NCBI GenBank assembly: GCA_963699755.1
Contig: CAVOVB010000010.1
Span: forward strand, 64,001 to 128,000
DNA from: an uncultured delta proteobacterium
Lineage (GTDB): Bacteria > Myxococcota_A > Polyangia > Polyangiales > Houyiibacteriaceae
Direction: 5' to 3'
DNA length: 64,000 bases
Both the position numbers and the translations under genes were made by a program. The notes beneath the pieces were generated by a model. That model saw nothing but the letters and a program-made list of their open reading frames with translations, searched no databases and was not told the origin of the DNA. Below, piece by piece: positions 29,718-39,252 of the stretch. Within the stretch, counting starts at the first letter, position 1. Each line of letters starts with the position of its first letter.

Positions 29718-30878
29718 TCATGCGGGGCCTGGCTTACGGCTAGACTCTTCGATGACCTCTTGGACGAGGTCGATGTATTGCTGGGCCACCACGTCCTGAT
29801 CAAAGCGCCGCAGCCAGTCTGCGCGCTCGGCGCGGCGCGCCTCATGGCCCAGATCGGGCGCTGCGAGCTCAGCTTCAACCGCCGCCGCAAAGCTCTCGGC
29901 ATCCTCGACTGGGGTCAGTCGCCCGAGTCGCCCATGATCGAGGAGCTCGCGCGGGCCGAAGTGGCAGTCTGTCGCTACGATCGCCGCGCCCGCTCCCAAT
30001 GCCTCGATCAAGACCATCGGCAAGCCCTCGTTGCGTGAGGACATGACGAAAATTCGAGCCCGGCGCATGAAGGCTTCGACATTCTCGACAAAGCCAGGAA
30101 GGAACACGCGGTCGGCGACCCCGAGCTCTCGAGACTGCGCCTCGAGCGAAGCGCGTTCGGGGCCCTCTCCGAGGATCACGAGGTTCAAGTCGCGTCGCGA
30201 AGACAGATCGGCAAAGGCGCGCAGCAACATGCCGAAATCCTTCTGAGGCGTCAGTCGCCCGACGGCGAGCAAGACCGGCTTCTCGAACAAGCTTTCCTGC
30301 TCGGGCGTGAGCTCGAGGGAAGCTTTCTGACACGACCTCGGGTTCGGAAGGGCCAGAGCTCTGTGCGGTGGCAAGTCGAAAACCTCCGCGGCATCGTCGG
30401 CCACCCCTTGCGAGCAGCCCGTCACGCGCTCTACGCGCCGATACGCGAAACGTTCCGGCCTGAACCCAAGCCAGCGCCGAAACCACCACTGAGCCTCCGG
30501 CTCGCAGCGAATCGCATAGTGCTGACTCACGATGACCGGCACGTCGGGAACGAGGTAGCGGCCGATTCCCGAGGCGATGTTCGCCGTGTGAATCAACGAC
30601 ATGGCGCAGCGTGGACGCGCCCGCCTGAGGTAGCGTACCCAGCGCGGCGTCGCGAGGAGCTCGTTGAACGCCCCGAGCTCCACCCTGTTCACGCCCGGCA
30701 GCTCCTGGTCGCGGAGTCCGCCATGCGCGCAGGACACGACCAAATCGATCTGCATGCCCCTTTTGGCGAGGGCGCGGGCCATCAGGAGTGCGACGCGCTC
30801 CGCTCCGCCCGTCGCGTATGAGGGAATAAAAATCGCGAGGTCGGGCCTTCGTGCACTGCTTGAATCGGAGTCGTTCAT
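29718..30878 (-). CDS. Glycosyltransferase family 4
   Basis: GGAERV, VGRL..QKDF, SSRNEGLPMVLIEALGAG, TDC..GPRE. Confidence 0.92.
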   Translation of the reverse strand: MNDSDSSSARRPDLAIFIPSYATGGAERVALLMARALAKRGMQIDLVVSCAHGGLRDQELPGVNRVELGAFNELLATPRWVRYLRRARPRCAMSLIHTANIASGIGRYLVPDVPVIVSQHYAIRCEPEAQWWFRRWLGFRPERFAYRRVERVTGCSQGVADDAAEVFDLPPHRALALPNPRSCQKASLELTPEQESLFEKPVLLAVGRLTPQKDFGMLLRAFADLSSRRDLNLVILGEGPERASLEAQSRELGVADRVFLPGFVENVEAFMRRARIFVMSSRNEGLPMVLIEALGAGAAIVATDCHFGPRELLDHGRLGRLTPVEDAESFAAAVEAELAAPDLGHEARRAERADWLRRFDQDVVAQQYIDLVQEVIEESSRKPGPA

Positions 30879-30908
30879 ATCGGACGGAAGAGGCCCAGGG
30901 TGCAACCG

Positions 30909-31790
30909 CTAGGCGCGAGGGCGGGCCATGCCAAGCAGCGTGTTCCCCTCGGACTTCCCGAGGAGGTTTAGCAGGCCCAGCATCGGCGCACGCAAGATGA
31001 GGCCAGGGAGACCGTATTCGTTGCGGACGCTGGCGGCCGGGATCGGACGCGTCGCGAAACGTTCGGTCACAAAGCCTGTCTTCTCCAATGCGACTCGCAT
31101 GCTTTGCCGCTTGAAGAAGTTGATGTGAATCGGCGGGATGTTCACGGGAAGGGTTTGTCGCAGGCAATAGGGATCGTCGAGATTGGGTACGCTGAACACG
31201 AAGATCCCATTTGGCTTCAAGATGGAGCGAATCGAGCGCAGCATGCTGATCGGATCGGGCACGTGCTCCATGACTTCGAACGAAGTCACCACGTCGAATT
31301 CCTCGTCCTGGTGCGCAGCAAAATCCTCGACGACACCGTTGAACATGTCGACGCCCAGGCTGCGCGCCTTCTCGGCCGCCAGTTTGGTCGGCTCCACTCC
31401 CTTGACTTCGAATCCGCGTTGCTTTGCGACCAGGAGGAAGGTCCCCGGTCCGGTTCCAACGTCCGCGAGCCTGCTGTTTGGGCGCTCGGCCTCGATCCAG
31501 CGGAGCGCCTTGCGCTTGAACCAACGCAGCTGACGAAACCCCCAGTCACCCCTCGCTGTTTTCTCGGCAACCTCGACCATCTCGCGATAGTCGGCTTCGC
31601 CCGAATAGACTTCCTCGTACTGCTCGCGCGGAATCCTCCGCAACACGGTGTACACGAAGGAACAGTCGCGGCATCTCGCCATCTCGTAGGAGTTGAAGGG
31701 CGCGATCGAATCCTCTGAGGTTGAACCGCATAGGGGGCAGCTCATCGCTCGCCCGGCGTCATCGAGGTCGAGTCCTACTTGCTTGCTCAC
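30909..31790 (-). CDS. Class I SAM-dependent methyltransferase with N-terminal Zn ribbon
   Basis: CPLC..CRDC, DVGTGPG, FEVMEHVPDP, SVPN. Confidence 0.88.
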   Translation of the reverse strand: MSKQVGLDLDDAGRAMSCPLCGSTSEDSIAPFNSYEMARCRDCSFVYTVLRRIPREQYEEVYSGEADYREMVEVAEKTARGDWGFRQLRWFKRKALRWIEAERPNSRLADVGTGPGTFLLVAKQRGFEVKGVEPTKLAAEKARSLGVDMFNGVVEDFAAHQDEEFDVVTSFEVMEHVPDPISMLRSIRSILKPNGIFVFSVPNLDDPYCLRQTLPVNIPPIHINFFKRQSMRVALEKTGFVTERFATRPIPAASVRNEYGLPGLILRAPMLGLLNLLGKSEGNTLLGMARPRA

Positions 31791-31919
31791 CGTCCGCGAT
31801 TTAGCACCCCGACCGACTCGCGCCAGTCAGCCTCTCGTCACCCTTTTTTCGTTCTCGCAGCAGCTTGGCTGCTCTGTGGCGGGGAGTACCGCGATCCACA
31901 AGTCGCTGAGGCACGCGAC

Positions 31920-33605
31920 TCAGTTGACGTGGAAGACGTCGTCGCTCAGCTCTGCACCGATCGATGTGTTGCGCCGGATGATATCGGCGAGGGTCGTGCT
32001 TTCGACGTCGGCGACTTCTTGGGGGGTGAGGTTGATCTCATACCAGTAGCGATCGCCATCTCGGAGTGACCTAAACTGCTTCGCGATGACCGTAAACGCC
32101 AACTCGCCGACGTGCCCGCCGTTGACCGGCTCTTCCGCAAGAGTCCCCGCCCACAAATCAATCTCGTCGACGTCGGTGTACACCGATGCCAATCGCGCCT
32201 GTACAGCAGGGTCGCCGTTGACTTCTGCGAAGCTCGCACGTCGCCCAAGCCCGATTGCTTCGCGAGCATCGTTGTAGCTTGGGAGACCGTGATCGCGTCC
32301 GCGCTGAATGTTGAGGGAGGCTAGATCGAAGCCGCCCGCGCCGGGAGGCCCGAAGAGGAAGTTGCGCACGTCGTCCACCAACTCGGTGTCGATCGCGGAG
32401 CAGGCCTGGCTCGCAAGGCCGCGAAGCAGTGGCTCGATGCCTCCCTCGCTGACGATGCGATCCGGTTGGAAAAAGGCATCGCGAAGCGCCAGGTTGCCCT
32501 CCGGAATCGGATTCAGGTTCGCATCGAGGCGCAGCAAGGTCGCGCTCAGGGCGCTATGCCCGAAGCGATAGATGGCGGTCGAAAACTCGTTCATGATGGC
32601 CGGGCTCACGTTCCAGTAATATTCGCGGTACACAGGTATGGCATTGGGACCTAGGAGCGCCGGCAGAAACTCGTTGTACGTGATGCTCTGTACGAGCGCC
32701 CCGACGATTCGCCGCGCCTCCTGGTAGATTTCTTCTCCCGTCAACAGTGGGTCGTTGGCGGCGATTTCCGCGGCCAAGCGGTTGTGCTCTCGTACGAAAA
32801 GCGTGTGCAGGGCGGCCAAACCGACCTGCTCGTTCGCTCTGACGTCTCCGGCCAGAAAGAGTGCCGGATCGGTTCCTCCTGCATTGGGTAAACCCGGCGT
32901 GTTGAAAGGAAGCAAATCGCCGGGGCTCGTCAGCAACCTCCCAGTGCCATCGTTGGTTCGAAGCGCCGCAGCGCGAACGTCATCGGAGCCATACACGTTC
33001 GACGCATCGATGAAATGCGTGATCTGATTCAATTGCTGGCGGGGATACGCCAGGTCGTTGCCGGTTCCTGGATGATAGGTGGACCTGTTGAAATCAATCG
33101 TGGCAGTTCCCGTGTCCGTTGGGTCGAACGATGGGTCACCGCCAGGAACGGGGATCGGCATCGGCTCGGCGGGGTCTTGCGCCTCGGTGAGATCGATGTC
33201 GTGGTCGACGAATTGACCCCACTGCCAGAGGAAGTCGCTCGCGCCCAAGGCGTTGGGCCCGGGCAGTGAATCCGCGCAGAGCGCGTTGCTGACCTCACGC
33301 GGCGAGGGGCGCCCGGCGCCCGCCATCGAGGCAACAGCGTCCCCGTAGGCGGACGGCATCATTCGCCGCAGCGTCGTACCGGCGGCGCCAAGCTCGAAGT
33401 GGTCCATGTGATTTCCAGTACCGTCGATGCTTCGATATCGACCCGTGGGCTGCGCTGAGGGATCGGGTGGCGGAACGCTGGCCGGATCCACGTTCGCCGT
33501 CGGTGAAATCGCAGCCAACGTGTCCTCGCAGCTCATTGCTGCGCTCGGTAGGAGCAGAAGTACGACCAGCACGCGCATCCAGCTCATCATCCAGCGATGT
33601 TTCAC
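31920..33605 (-). CDS. Heme peroxidase of the peroxidase-cyclooxygenase (animal peroxidase) superfamily, exported lipoprotein
   Basis: WGQFVDHD, ITHFIDAS.VYG, GDVRANEQ, YRFGHS, NIQRGRDHGL; lipobox-like AAMSC. GTG 33605 follows GGAGAG; alternative start ATG 33590. Confidence 0.92.
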   Translation of the reverse strand: MKHRWMMSWMRVLVVLLLLPSAAMSCEDTLAAISPTANVDPASVPPPDPSAQPTGRYRSIDGTGNHMDHFELGAAGTTLRRMMPSAYGDAVASMAGAGRPSPREVSNALCADSLPGPNALGASDFLWQWGQFVDHDIDLTEAQDPAEPMPIPVPGGDPSFDPTDTGTATIDFNRSTYHPGTGNDLAYPRQQLNQITHFIDASNVYGSDDVRAAALRTNDGTGRLLTSPGDLLPFNTPGLPNAGGTDPALFLAGDVRANEQVGLAALHTLFVREHNRLAAEIAANDPLLTGEEIYQEARRIVGALVQSITYNEFLPALLGPNAIPVYREYYWNVSPAIMNEFSTAIYRFGHSALSATLLRLDANLNPIPEGNLALRDAFFQPDRIVSEGGIEPLLRGLASQACSAIDTELVDDVRNFLFGPPGAGGFDLASLNIQRGRDHGLPSYNDAREAIGLGRRASFAEVNGDPAVQARLASVYTDVDEIDLWAGTLAEEPVNGGHVGELAFTVIAKQFRSLRDGDRYWYEINLTPQEVADVESTTLADIIRRNTSIGAELSDDVFHVN

Positions 33606-33779
33606 GGTCAAACTCTCCGGGTCGGGCGGCGATTGGTATATCGAAGTTCCTTTCGATTTGGAAGACGCAATGACCGCCCGGGCGCGATGTCCGATTGTGA
33701 CCAGCACACGCGACGAATTGGGACGAGACCAGGCAGGGCGCCTCGCGGCTCACGCGCTAGTTGGTCGGCCTACCTCGCG

Positions 33780-34568
33780 TCAGGGACGCCGGAAATGCAG
33801 GTAATAGTTCTTTTCGAGGAGGTCGGTTTCGGATTCGAAGACGAAACCGGCGTGCTCGACCTCTGCGATGACGGTGGCCTTGTTTGCGCGAACGTGCCTC
33901 AGGACAGCGGGGCTGCTCTCGCCCTCGGAACGCTTCATGTCGACCAGCACCAAGGTCGCGCCGGGCCGCAGAGTGCGGAAGAGCGAACGCATGTAGGCCT
34001 CGGGGTGTTCGATGTGATGATAGGTGTCGCACATGAATGCGAGGTCGAGGGAGGCGGGCGCCAAACCGGTTGCCGTTTCCTCTCCTCGGACAACCATGAC
34101 GTTGCCGAGCCCTTCCGCTCTCACCCGCTCGCGAATCCGTTCGAGAAACGTTGGCACGATGTCGACCGCGAACACCATGCCCCGCGGCCCAACGCGTTTC
34201 GCCATCTCGGTCGTCAGCAAGCCCGTGCCTGCTCCGATGTCGGCGACTTGCATCCCGTCGGTGAGCCCGATGGCATTGACGATGTCACGGCGGCGTTGAA
34301 CGATCTCGCGGGTCTTCGATTCCAGGATTCGGGTGTATCGGTCGAGCGCATCGCCTCGGAAGTAAGGATCGTTGATGCCCGGCTTGACGCTGGGGTCCTC
34401 TCGGGGGGGCGTCGGCTCCGCGCGCGCTGTCTCGACATGCGGGGTCCTGTCGATGGCGACGTCTCTTGCATCCTCAGAGGCTGCAGGGGCCGCTGCTCTG
34501 GTTGCGCAGCCGATCGAACCGGCGAATGCGAGGCAAAGCAGCCATCGACTTCCGAAAAAACACCGCAT
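33780..34568 (-). CDS. SAM-dependent methyltransferase with lipoprotein signal
   Basis: LAFAGSIGC lipobox, VADIGAGTG, FAVDI, DTYHH, LRPG. Confidence 0.85.
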   Translation of the reverse strand: MRCFFGSRWLLCLAFAGSIGCATRAAAPAASEDARDVAIDRTPHVETARAEPTPPREDPSVKPGINDPYFRGDALDRYTRILESKTREIVQRRRDIVNAIGLTDGMQVADIGAGTGLLTTEMAKRVGPRGMVFAVDIVPTFLERIRERVRAEGLGNVMVVRGEETATGLAPASLDLAFMCDTYHHIEHPEAYMRSLFRTLRPGATLVLVDMKRSEGESSPAVLRHVRANKATVIAEVEHAGFVFESETDLLEKNYYLHFRRP

Positions 34569-34577
34569 CGAAGGGCT

Positions 34578-35870
34578 TTACTTCGACGGGTCGACGACGC
34601 GCCCAATGAAGAGGGTCGCACCCGTGGGACGGTCTACAATCGCGAAGATGAAGGGCCGGTTGACCTGGAGCATGGCTCGCGGCGGAACCGAGGTCGCCCC
34701 GATGACCACGGCGGTTGCGGCGGCGGCTTCGGTGCCCTTCTCGTCTACGGCGACAAACCCTTGATGAACGACGTCCTGGATATAAAGGCCCCTCGTCCCG
34801 TCCATGCCCGAGAGATCGGCGTCTTCGAATCGAAACGCGTCGACCATGCCGAGCGCTTGCAGGGGCGCTTTGGCGGGCACCAACGAACGGAATGAGAACT
34901 TCGGCAATGCCAAATCGACGAGGTGCCCGGTAAGCTCCCTCTGGATCTGCGCGACCTTGGCTGAAGAGAGCATGCCTTCGACCGCCGCGAGCGCCCCTTG
35001 GTTTGGAACGATGAGCAACATCGCCAACTGCTCGCCGTCATAGGAGAGCTCGGCAGCCTGGTAGTTTTCGCCGGCGGCGTAGCCCGTCATGAGCCCAACG
35101 TGCATCGTCGCCGTTTGGATCTGGCTCCCGTCGAGAAGTGCAAAGGGCTCGTCTCGGGTGTTGGTTTCTTCGAAGGGCTCAGCCCAGGAAGCGCTGAAAT
35201 AGATGGCATTCACGAGCACCAGGCGCGTGAGGTCCGTGATGATCCCCGGCGCGAGGAGGTCCTCGATGCGCGTTTCGGTCTGGTCGCTCACCCAGTCGTT
35301 GATGACGACCCGCGACGCGTCCGGATCGGCAGCGAAGTCCATCAGGCGCATGCCGGCGCCATAGCTTTCGGCAAGCGTGTCGAGGAAAGGATCGAGAAAA
35401 CCGAAGCCAGCCTGCCCAAAGAGGGCGTTGGTGGCGTGCAGGCGAAACGGCATGGCGGCTTCGGCGTTGCTCTGCTCGCCGCGCGCCGCTAGCGCTAGAT
35501 CGAGCGCATTGAACGCCGGATGGAGCCGAGCCTGGTTCAGGGTGAAGTGCAAGACCTCGGCCATCTGGGCCTCGGTCGTGCTTCGGGCGCCAGCCCAGGT
35601 CATGGCGAGCGCGACCGAGAGGCTGTATGGCGAGAAGAAGAGGTTTTCGCCGTCCTTCACGGCTTCGCGGTAGAAGTCCCAGCCAAACGCCGCATTTCCA
35701 TCGGCCAGCTCGGCGAGCTCATCGCGACTGGTGTCCGGCGCCTCATTCCGGGGCTTCGACGAGGCCACCAGCTCGCCTGGCGCAGTTGGTCCGCTCGCGC
35801 CGGGCGTGGTTTTCGGAGTGCACGACAGGACGCACGCGGCCAAGATTGTCGAGAGAGCCCCTCGGAGCAT
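34578..35870 (-). CDS. Serpin (serine protease inhibitor), lipoprotein
   Basis: CVLSC lipobox, NLFFSPYS, VNAIYF.A.W, hinge VDEKGTEAAAATAV, VNRPFIF.I, LFIGRV.DP. Confidence 0.95.
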   Translation of the reverse strand: MLRGALSTILAACVLSCTPKTTPGASGPTAPGELVASSKPRNEAPDTSRDELAELADGNAAFGWDFYREAVKDGENLFFSPYSLSVALAMTWAGARSTTEAQMAEVLHFTLNQARLHPAFNALDLALAARGEQSNAEAAMPFRLHATNALFGQAGFGFLDPFLDTLAESYGAGMRLMDFAADPDASRVVINDWVSDQTETRIEDLLAPGIITDLTRLVLVNAIYFSASWAEPFEETNTRDEPFALLDGSQIQTATMHVGLMTGYAAGENYQAAELSYDGEQLAMLLIVPNQGALAAVEGMLSSAKVAQIQRELTGHLVDLALPKFSFRSLVPAKAPLQALGMVDAFRFEDADLSGMDGTRGLYIQDVVHQGFVAVDEKGTEAAAATAVVIGATSVPPRAMLQVNRPFIFAIVDRPTGATLFIGRVVDPSK

Positions 35871-35946
35871 GAGATGAGCGACCCTAGCACAGCCCCAAGA
35901 CAGAGGCCTTCGAGAGGGGCTGGCTCTTTCGCAAAGAGGCGAAGGC

Positions 35947-37149
35947 ATGAGTGATGAGCATCCTCTCCCCTTGGCGGGCGTTCGGGTGGTCGAGTTTACC
36001 CACATGGTGATGGGCCCTGCGGTGGGCCTGATCTTGGCCGACATGGGCGCGGAGGTCATCAAGCTCGAACCACCCCACGGCGACAAGACGCGCAGCTTGC
36101 CCGGCTCGGGTGCCGGCTACTTCCCGGCGTACAACCGAAACAAGCGCTCGCTCTGCGTCGATTTGAAGTCGCCGCAGGGCAAGGCCGCGGTGTTGCGCCT
36201 GGTCGATGCGGCCGATGTCGTGGTCGAGAACTTTCGTCCGGGGACGATGGACCGCCTCGGGTTCGGATTCGAAGCGCTCCGGACGCGAAACAAGGGCCTG
36301 ATCTATTGCTCCGAGAAAGGCTTCCTCGCTGGTCCCTATGAGGAACGCACTGCCATGGACGAGGTCGCGCAGATGATGGGGGGCTTGGCGTACATGACCG
36401 GGCCACCGGGGCGACCGCTTCGTGCGGGCGCCTCCGTCATCGACGTGCAGGGCGGCATGTTCGGTGCGCTTGGGATCCTCGGCGCATTGCTTCAGCGCAA
36501 ACAAACCGGCGAAGGGCAAAAAATCATCGCTTCGCTCTTCGAAAGCAGCGTCTTCCTCGTCGGCCAGCACATGGCCCAGTACGCCGTGACGGGCGAAGCG
36601 GCCGCGCCGATGCCGGCGCGCATCTCCGCCTGGGCGATCTACCAGGTGTTCGAGACCAAAGATGACGACCTAGTGTTTGTAGGAATCGTCAGCGACAAGC
36701 AGTGGGAGCTCTTGTGCGACGCCTTTGGCTTGGACGAGCTGGCCGCGGACGAGTCGCTCCAGACAAACGATGGTCGCGCAGCCGAGAAAGACCGACTCTT
36801 GCCGATCATCGAAGACGTCTTCGCGAGCTACACGAAGGCCGAGCTGATGGCGAAGCTCGAGGCGAGCGGGCTTCCCTTTGCACCGATCACCCGGCCCGAC
36901 GAGCTCTTCGACGACCCGCACCTAAACGCCAGCGGCGGCCTGCTGCCCTACACCGTCACCGACGGTGCACGCAAAGGGCACCAAACCAAGCTCCCCGCCC
37001 TCCCCTTGGAGATGGACGGGCACCGCTTCGCGCTTCGCCTGCCGGTGCCGCGCGCCGGTGAGCACACCCGCGCGATCTTGGCCGAAGCTGGCTACGCCCA
37101 CGAGGAAATTGAGGCGATGCTCCTCGCCGGGGTCGTGACCGGGGAATAG
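35947..37149 (+). CDS. CaiB/BaiF family III CoA-transferase
   Basis: PLAGVRVVEF, LADMGAEVIKLE, NRNKRS, VENFRPG, GEHT. Confidence 0.93.
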   Translation: MSDEHPLPLAGVRVVEFTHMVMGPAVGLILADMGAEVIKLEPPHGDKTRSLPGSGAGYFPAYNRNKRSLCVDLKSPQGKAAVLRLVDAADVVVENFRPGTMDRLGFGFEALRTRNKGLIYCSEKGFLAGPYEERTAMDEVAQMMGGLAYMTGPPGRPLRAGASVIDVQGGMFGALGILGALLQRKQTGEGQKIIASLFESSVFLVGQHMAQYAVTGEAAAPMPARISAWAIYQVFETKDDDLVFVGIVSDKQWELLCDAFGLDELAADESLQTNDGRAAEKDRLLPIIEDVFASYTKAELMAKLEASGLPFAPITRPDELFDDPHLNASGGLLPYTVTDGARKGHQTKLPALPLEMDGHRFALRLPVPRAGEHTRAILAEAGYAHEEIEAMLLAGVVTGE

Positions 37150-37229
37150 CAGGGGCTGGCCGGGGCGATGCGACTTGACGCGATCGGAGCCCACCCCTAG
37201 CCTCCGCTCACTTCGACTCCTGTCTTCGG

Positions 37230-39251
37230 ATGTGCGCCATGCTCTCGAGATCCGGCCGTCGACCCATCAGCGCCGCGCTTACCGTGGCATCACTGCTCCT
37301 CCTCACCGGCATCACGGAGTGCAACAGCACCTGCTTCGACTACGACAGTCGAGGGAACCGCTTCACCTACGAATGCGTGGTGTGCCAAGACCCGGACAGC
37401 AACCCTTGCACACGGGACACTTGGAACGTGCCCGCCGGCAACGTTTGTGTCGCACAGGACCAGCCCTTGTTGCCGAATGGCACCGCCTGTGACGATGGCA
37501 CCACAGTCGGAGTGTGCGTGTCCGGCGTCTGTTCGAGCTCGCTTAGTTGCGACGTCGCTGCTGCTCTGGCTACCCAAACATGTTTGATGGAAGCGAACGA
37601 AGCCTGGCAAGCCTGCTACGCCAATGGCGGCGCCCCCTGTAGCGACAAGGACCCAAGCATCATAGCGGCCTTGTCTGCCCTCGAGGCCACCGTCAGCGCA
37701 AGTTGTAGTAGCGGCGAGTTTGGGTCCCTGAGCGTTCCTGCGCTCGTCGGCCGTCTTCAAACGTCCTGCCGATACGAGGCGGCGTCCCTCGCGTCGCGCT
37801 CCTTCGGCGGCCCGCACGGCGCAGCTTGGGCAGACGCCGATCCAGCCAGCCGGGCGTGCTTAGAAGCGGCCCACCAAACCGGAGCAAGCTTGCTCGATGA
37901 CGTGTTGACGAGCACCCAGAACTGCCTGACCGGCGGGAACTGCGATGCCGCCGGTCTGGCGACTGAAGTACAGGGCTTGTCCTCCACAGCGCAACAATAC
38001 ATCGCTGGCGCATGCAGTGCGCTCGAGACCATCGTCGCACTCGATCCACAGCAGTTCGTCGAGCGTGCGCTTCATCAGTCGGACTGCATCGTCGCCACAT
38101 CGCGGGCCGACACTTCGCCGCTCGCCTTATCCTGCGGCCCGAGTCGCGTCCCTTCCACACCCACCCGGGGCCAGTATGTCCAGATCGTCCTCGATGGCGC
38201 CGACTGGGGCACCTCCTGTGGAGATGGGAGCCCGTATGCCTTTCAGATCCGTCTGGCGCCCCCGGGCCAGCCCTTGAACCGAGTGCTGATCGGCATGCAG
38301 GGCGGTGGCGTGTGTATCTTCGGCAGCGACTGCGGACCCATCTGGCAGAGCTCGCCCGGCTTGTTCGAGGCCCTCTCCGATCAAGCGCCTAGCGGCGGGA
38401 TCATGTCCAACGACCCGGCTCAAAACGACTTCGCCGCTTGGACCAAGGTCTTTCTCCCGTACTGCACCCAGGACGTCTACGCAGGCGGTGGGATCTCCCA
38501 AGCGTTCACGGGCTTCGACATCGAGCGCTACGGCTCGGTCAACGTCCGGGCCGCGGTGGAGTACGTGCGGAACCTGCTCTGGCTCATGCAGGACCAAGAA
38601 GGTGGCGAAGGCTATCGGCCCGACCAGATGGTCGCTGCCTTCGGTGGCTGGTCGGCCGGTGGGTTTGGAGCCCTCTACAATTATCACTGGATGCTGGACG
38701 ATTTGCAGTGGCCAAACACGACCGCCTTTGCGGATTCGTCGCTGGGCTTAGACAGTGGCGACCCGCTCTTCAGCGTTCGGGTCCTCGGCGGCCTGCTGCA
38801 AGTCCTTTGGGACGCGCTTCCTGTGTTTCCGCCATACTGCTTTGCGGGTGATTGCGCGGTCGGGCCGGACCTCTACGCGGCGACCGCACCGCGGCTCAAG
38901 GCGACACCCAACCAACAGTTCTTGATCCTCAGCAACCAAAACGACGGCACACAGGTCGGCACGACCTACTTCCCGAGCACAGCCGCATGGATCAACGCCG
39001 CCCGTTCCTCCGTCTGCGACACCAAAGATCTCGCCGGCGTCAACTACTACCTGACGAGTGTCCTCAACAGTGTTCATGTCGTGTCACTCGGTTCGCTCTA
39101 TGCGCAGGCCGTAGATGGAGAGCTCATGTCCCAATGGCTGTGGAAGGGTGTGATTGGCGCTCCGAACGCCATCGCCGATCGCATCGAAGAAGGCCTATTT
39201 GCGCAGCAGATCGCCGGCGTGAATCCGTTCCCGTGCGCAATCGCGCCCTGA
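37230..39251 (+). CDS. Secreted Cys-rich protein with C-terminal pectinacetylesterase/Notum-family hydrolase domain
   Basis: Signal peptide, Cys-rich N-terminal half, CGDGSP, QGGGVC, LPYCTQD, GWSAGG nucleophile, ADS. Confidence 0.8.
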   Translation: MCAMLSRSGRRPISAALTVASLLLLTGITECNSTCFDYDSRGNRFTYECVVCQDPDSNPCTRDTWNVPAGNVCVAQDQPLLPNGTACDDGTTVGVCVSGVCSSSLSCDVAAALATQTCLMEANEAWQACYANGGAPCSDKDPSIIAALSALEATVSASCSSGEFGSLSVPALVGRLQTSCRYEAASLASRSFGGPHGAAWADADPASRACLEAAHQTGASLLDDVLTSTQNCLTGGNCDAAGLATEVQGLSSTAQQYIAGACSALETIVALDPQQFVERALHQSDCIVATSRADTSPLALSCGPSRVPSTPTRGQYVQIVLDGADWGTSCGDGSPYAFQIRLAPPGQPLNRVLIGMQGGGVCIFGSDCGPIWQSSPGLFEALSDQAPSGGIMSNDPAQNDFAAWTKVFLPYCTQDVYAGGGISQAFTGFDIERYGSVNVRAAVEYVRNLLWLMQDQEGGEGYRPDQMVAAFGGWSAGGFGALYNYHWMLDDLQWPNTTAFADSSLGLDSGDPLFSVRVLGGLLQVLWDALPVFPPYCFAGDCAVGPDLYAATAPRLKATPNQQFLILSNQNDGTQVGTTYFPSTAAWINAARSSVCDTKDLAGVNYYLTSVLNSVHVVSLGSLYAQAVDGELMSQWLWKGVIGAPNAIADRIEEGLFAQQIAGVNPFPCAIAP

Positions 39252-39252
39252 G

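Noticed and set aside
27396..31524. Long alternative-frame ORFs (27396-29237, 613 aa; 29875-31524, 549 aa)
   Set aside because: Arg/Ala/Pro-rich shadow frames over well-supported genes; expected in GC-rich DNA; no motifs.
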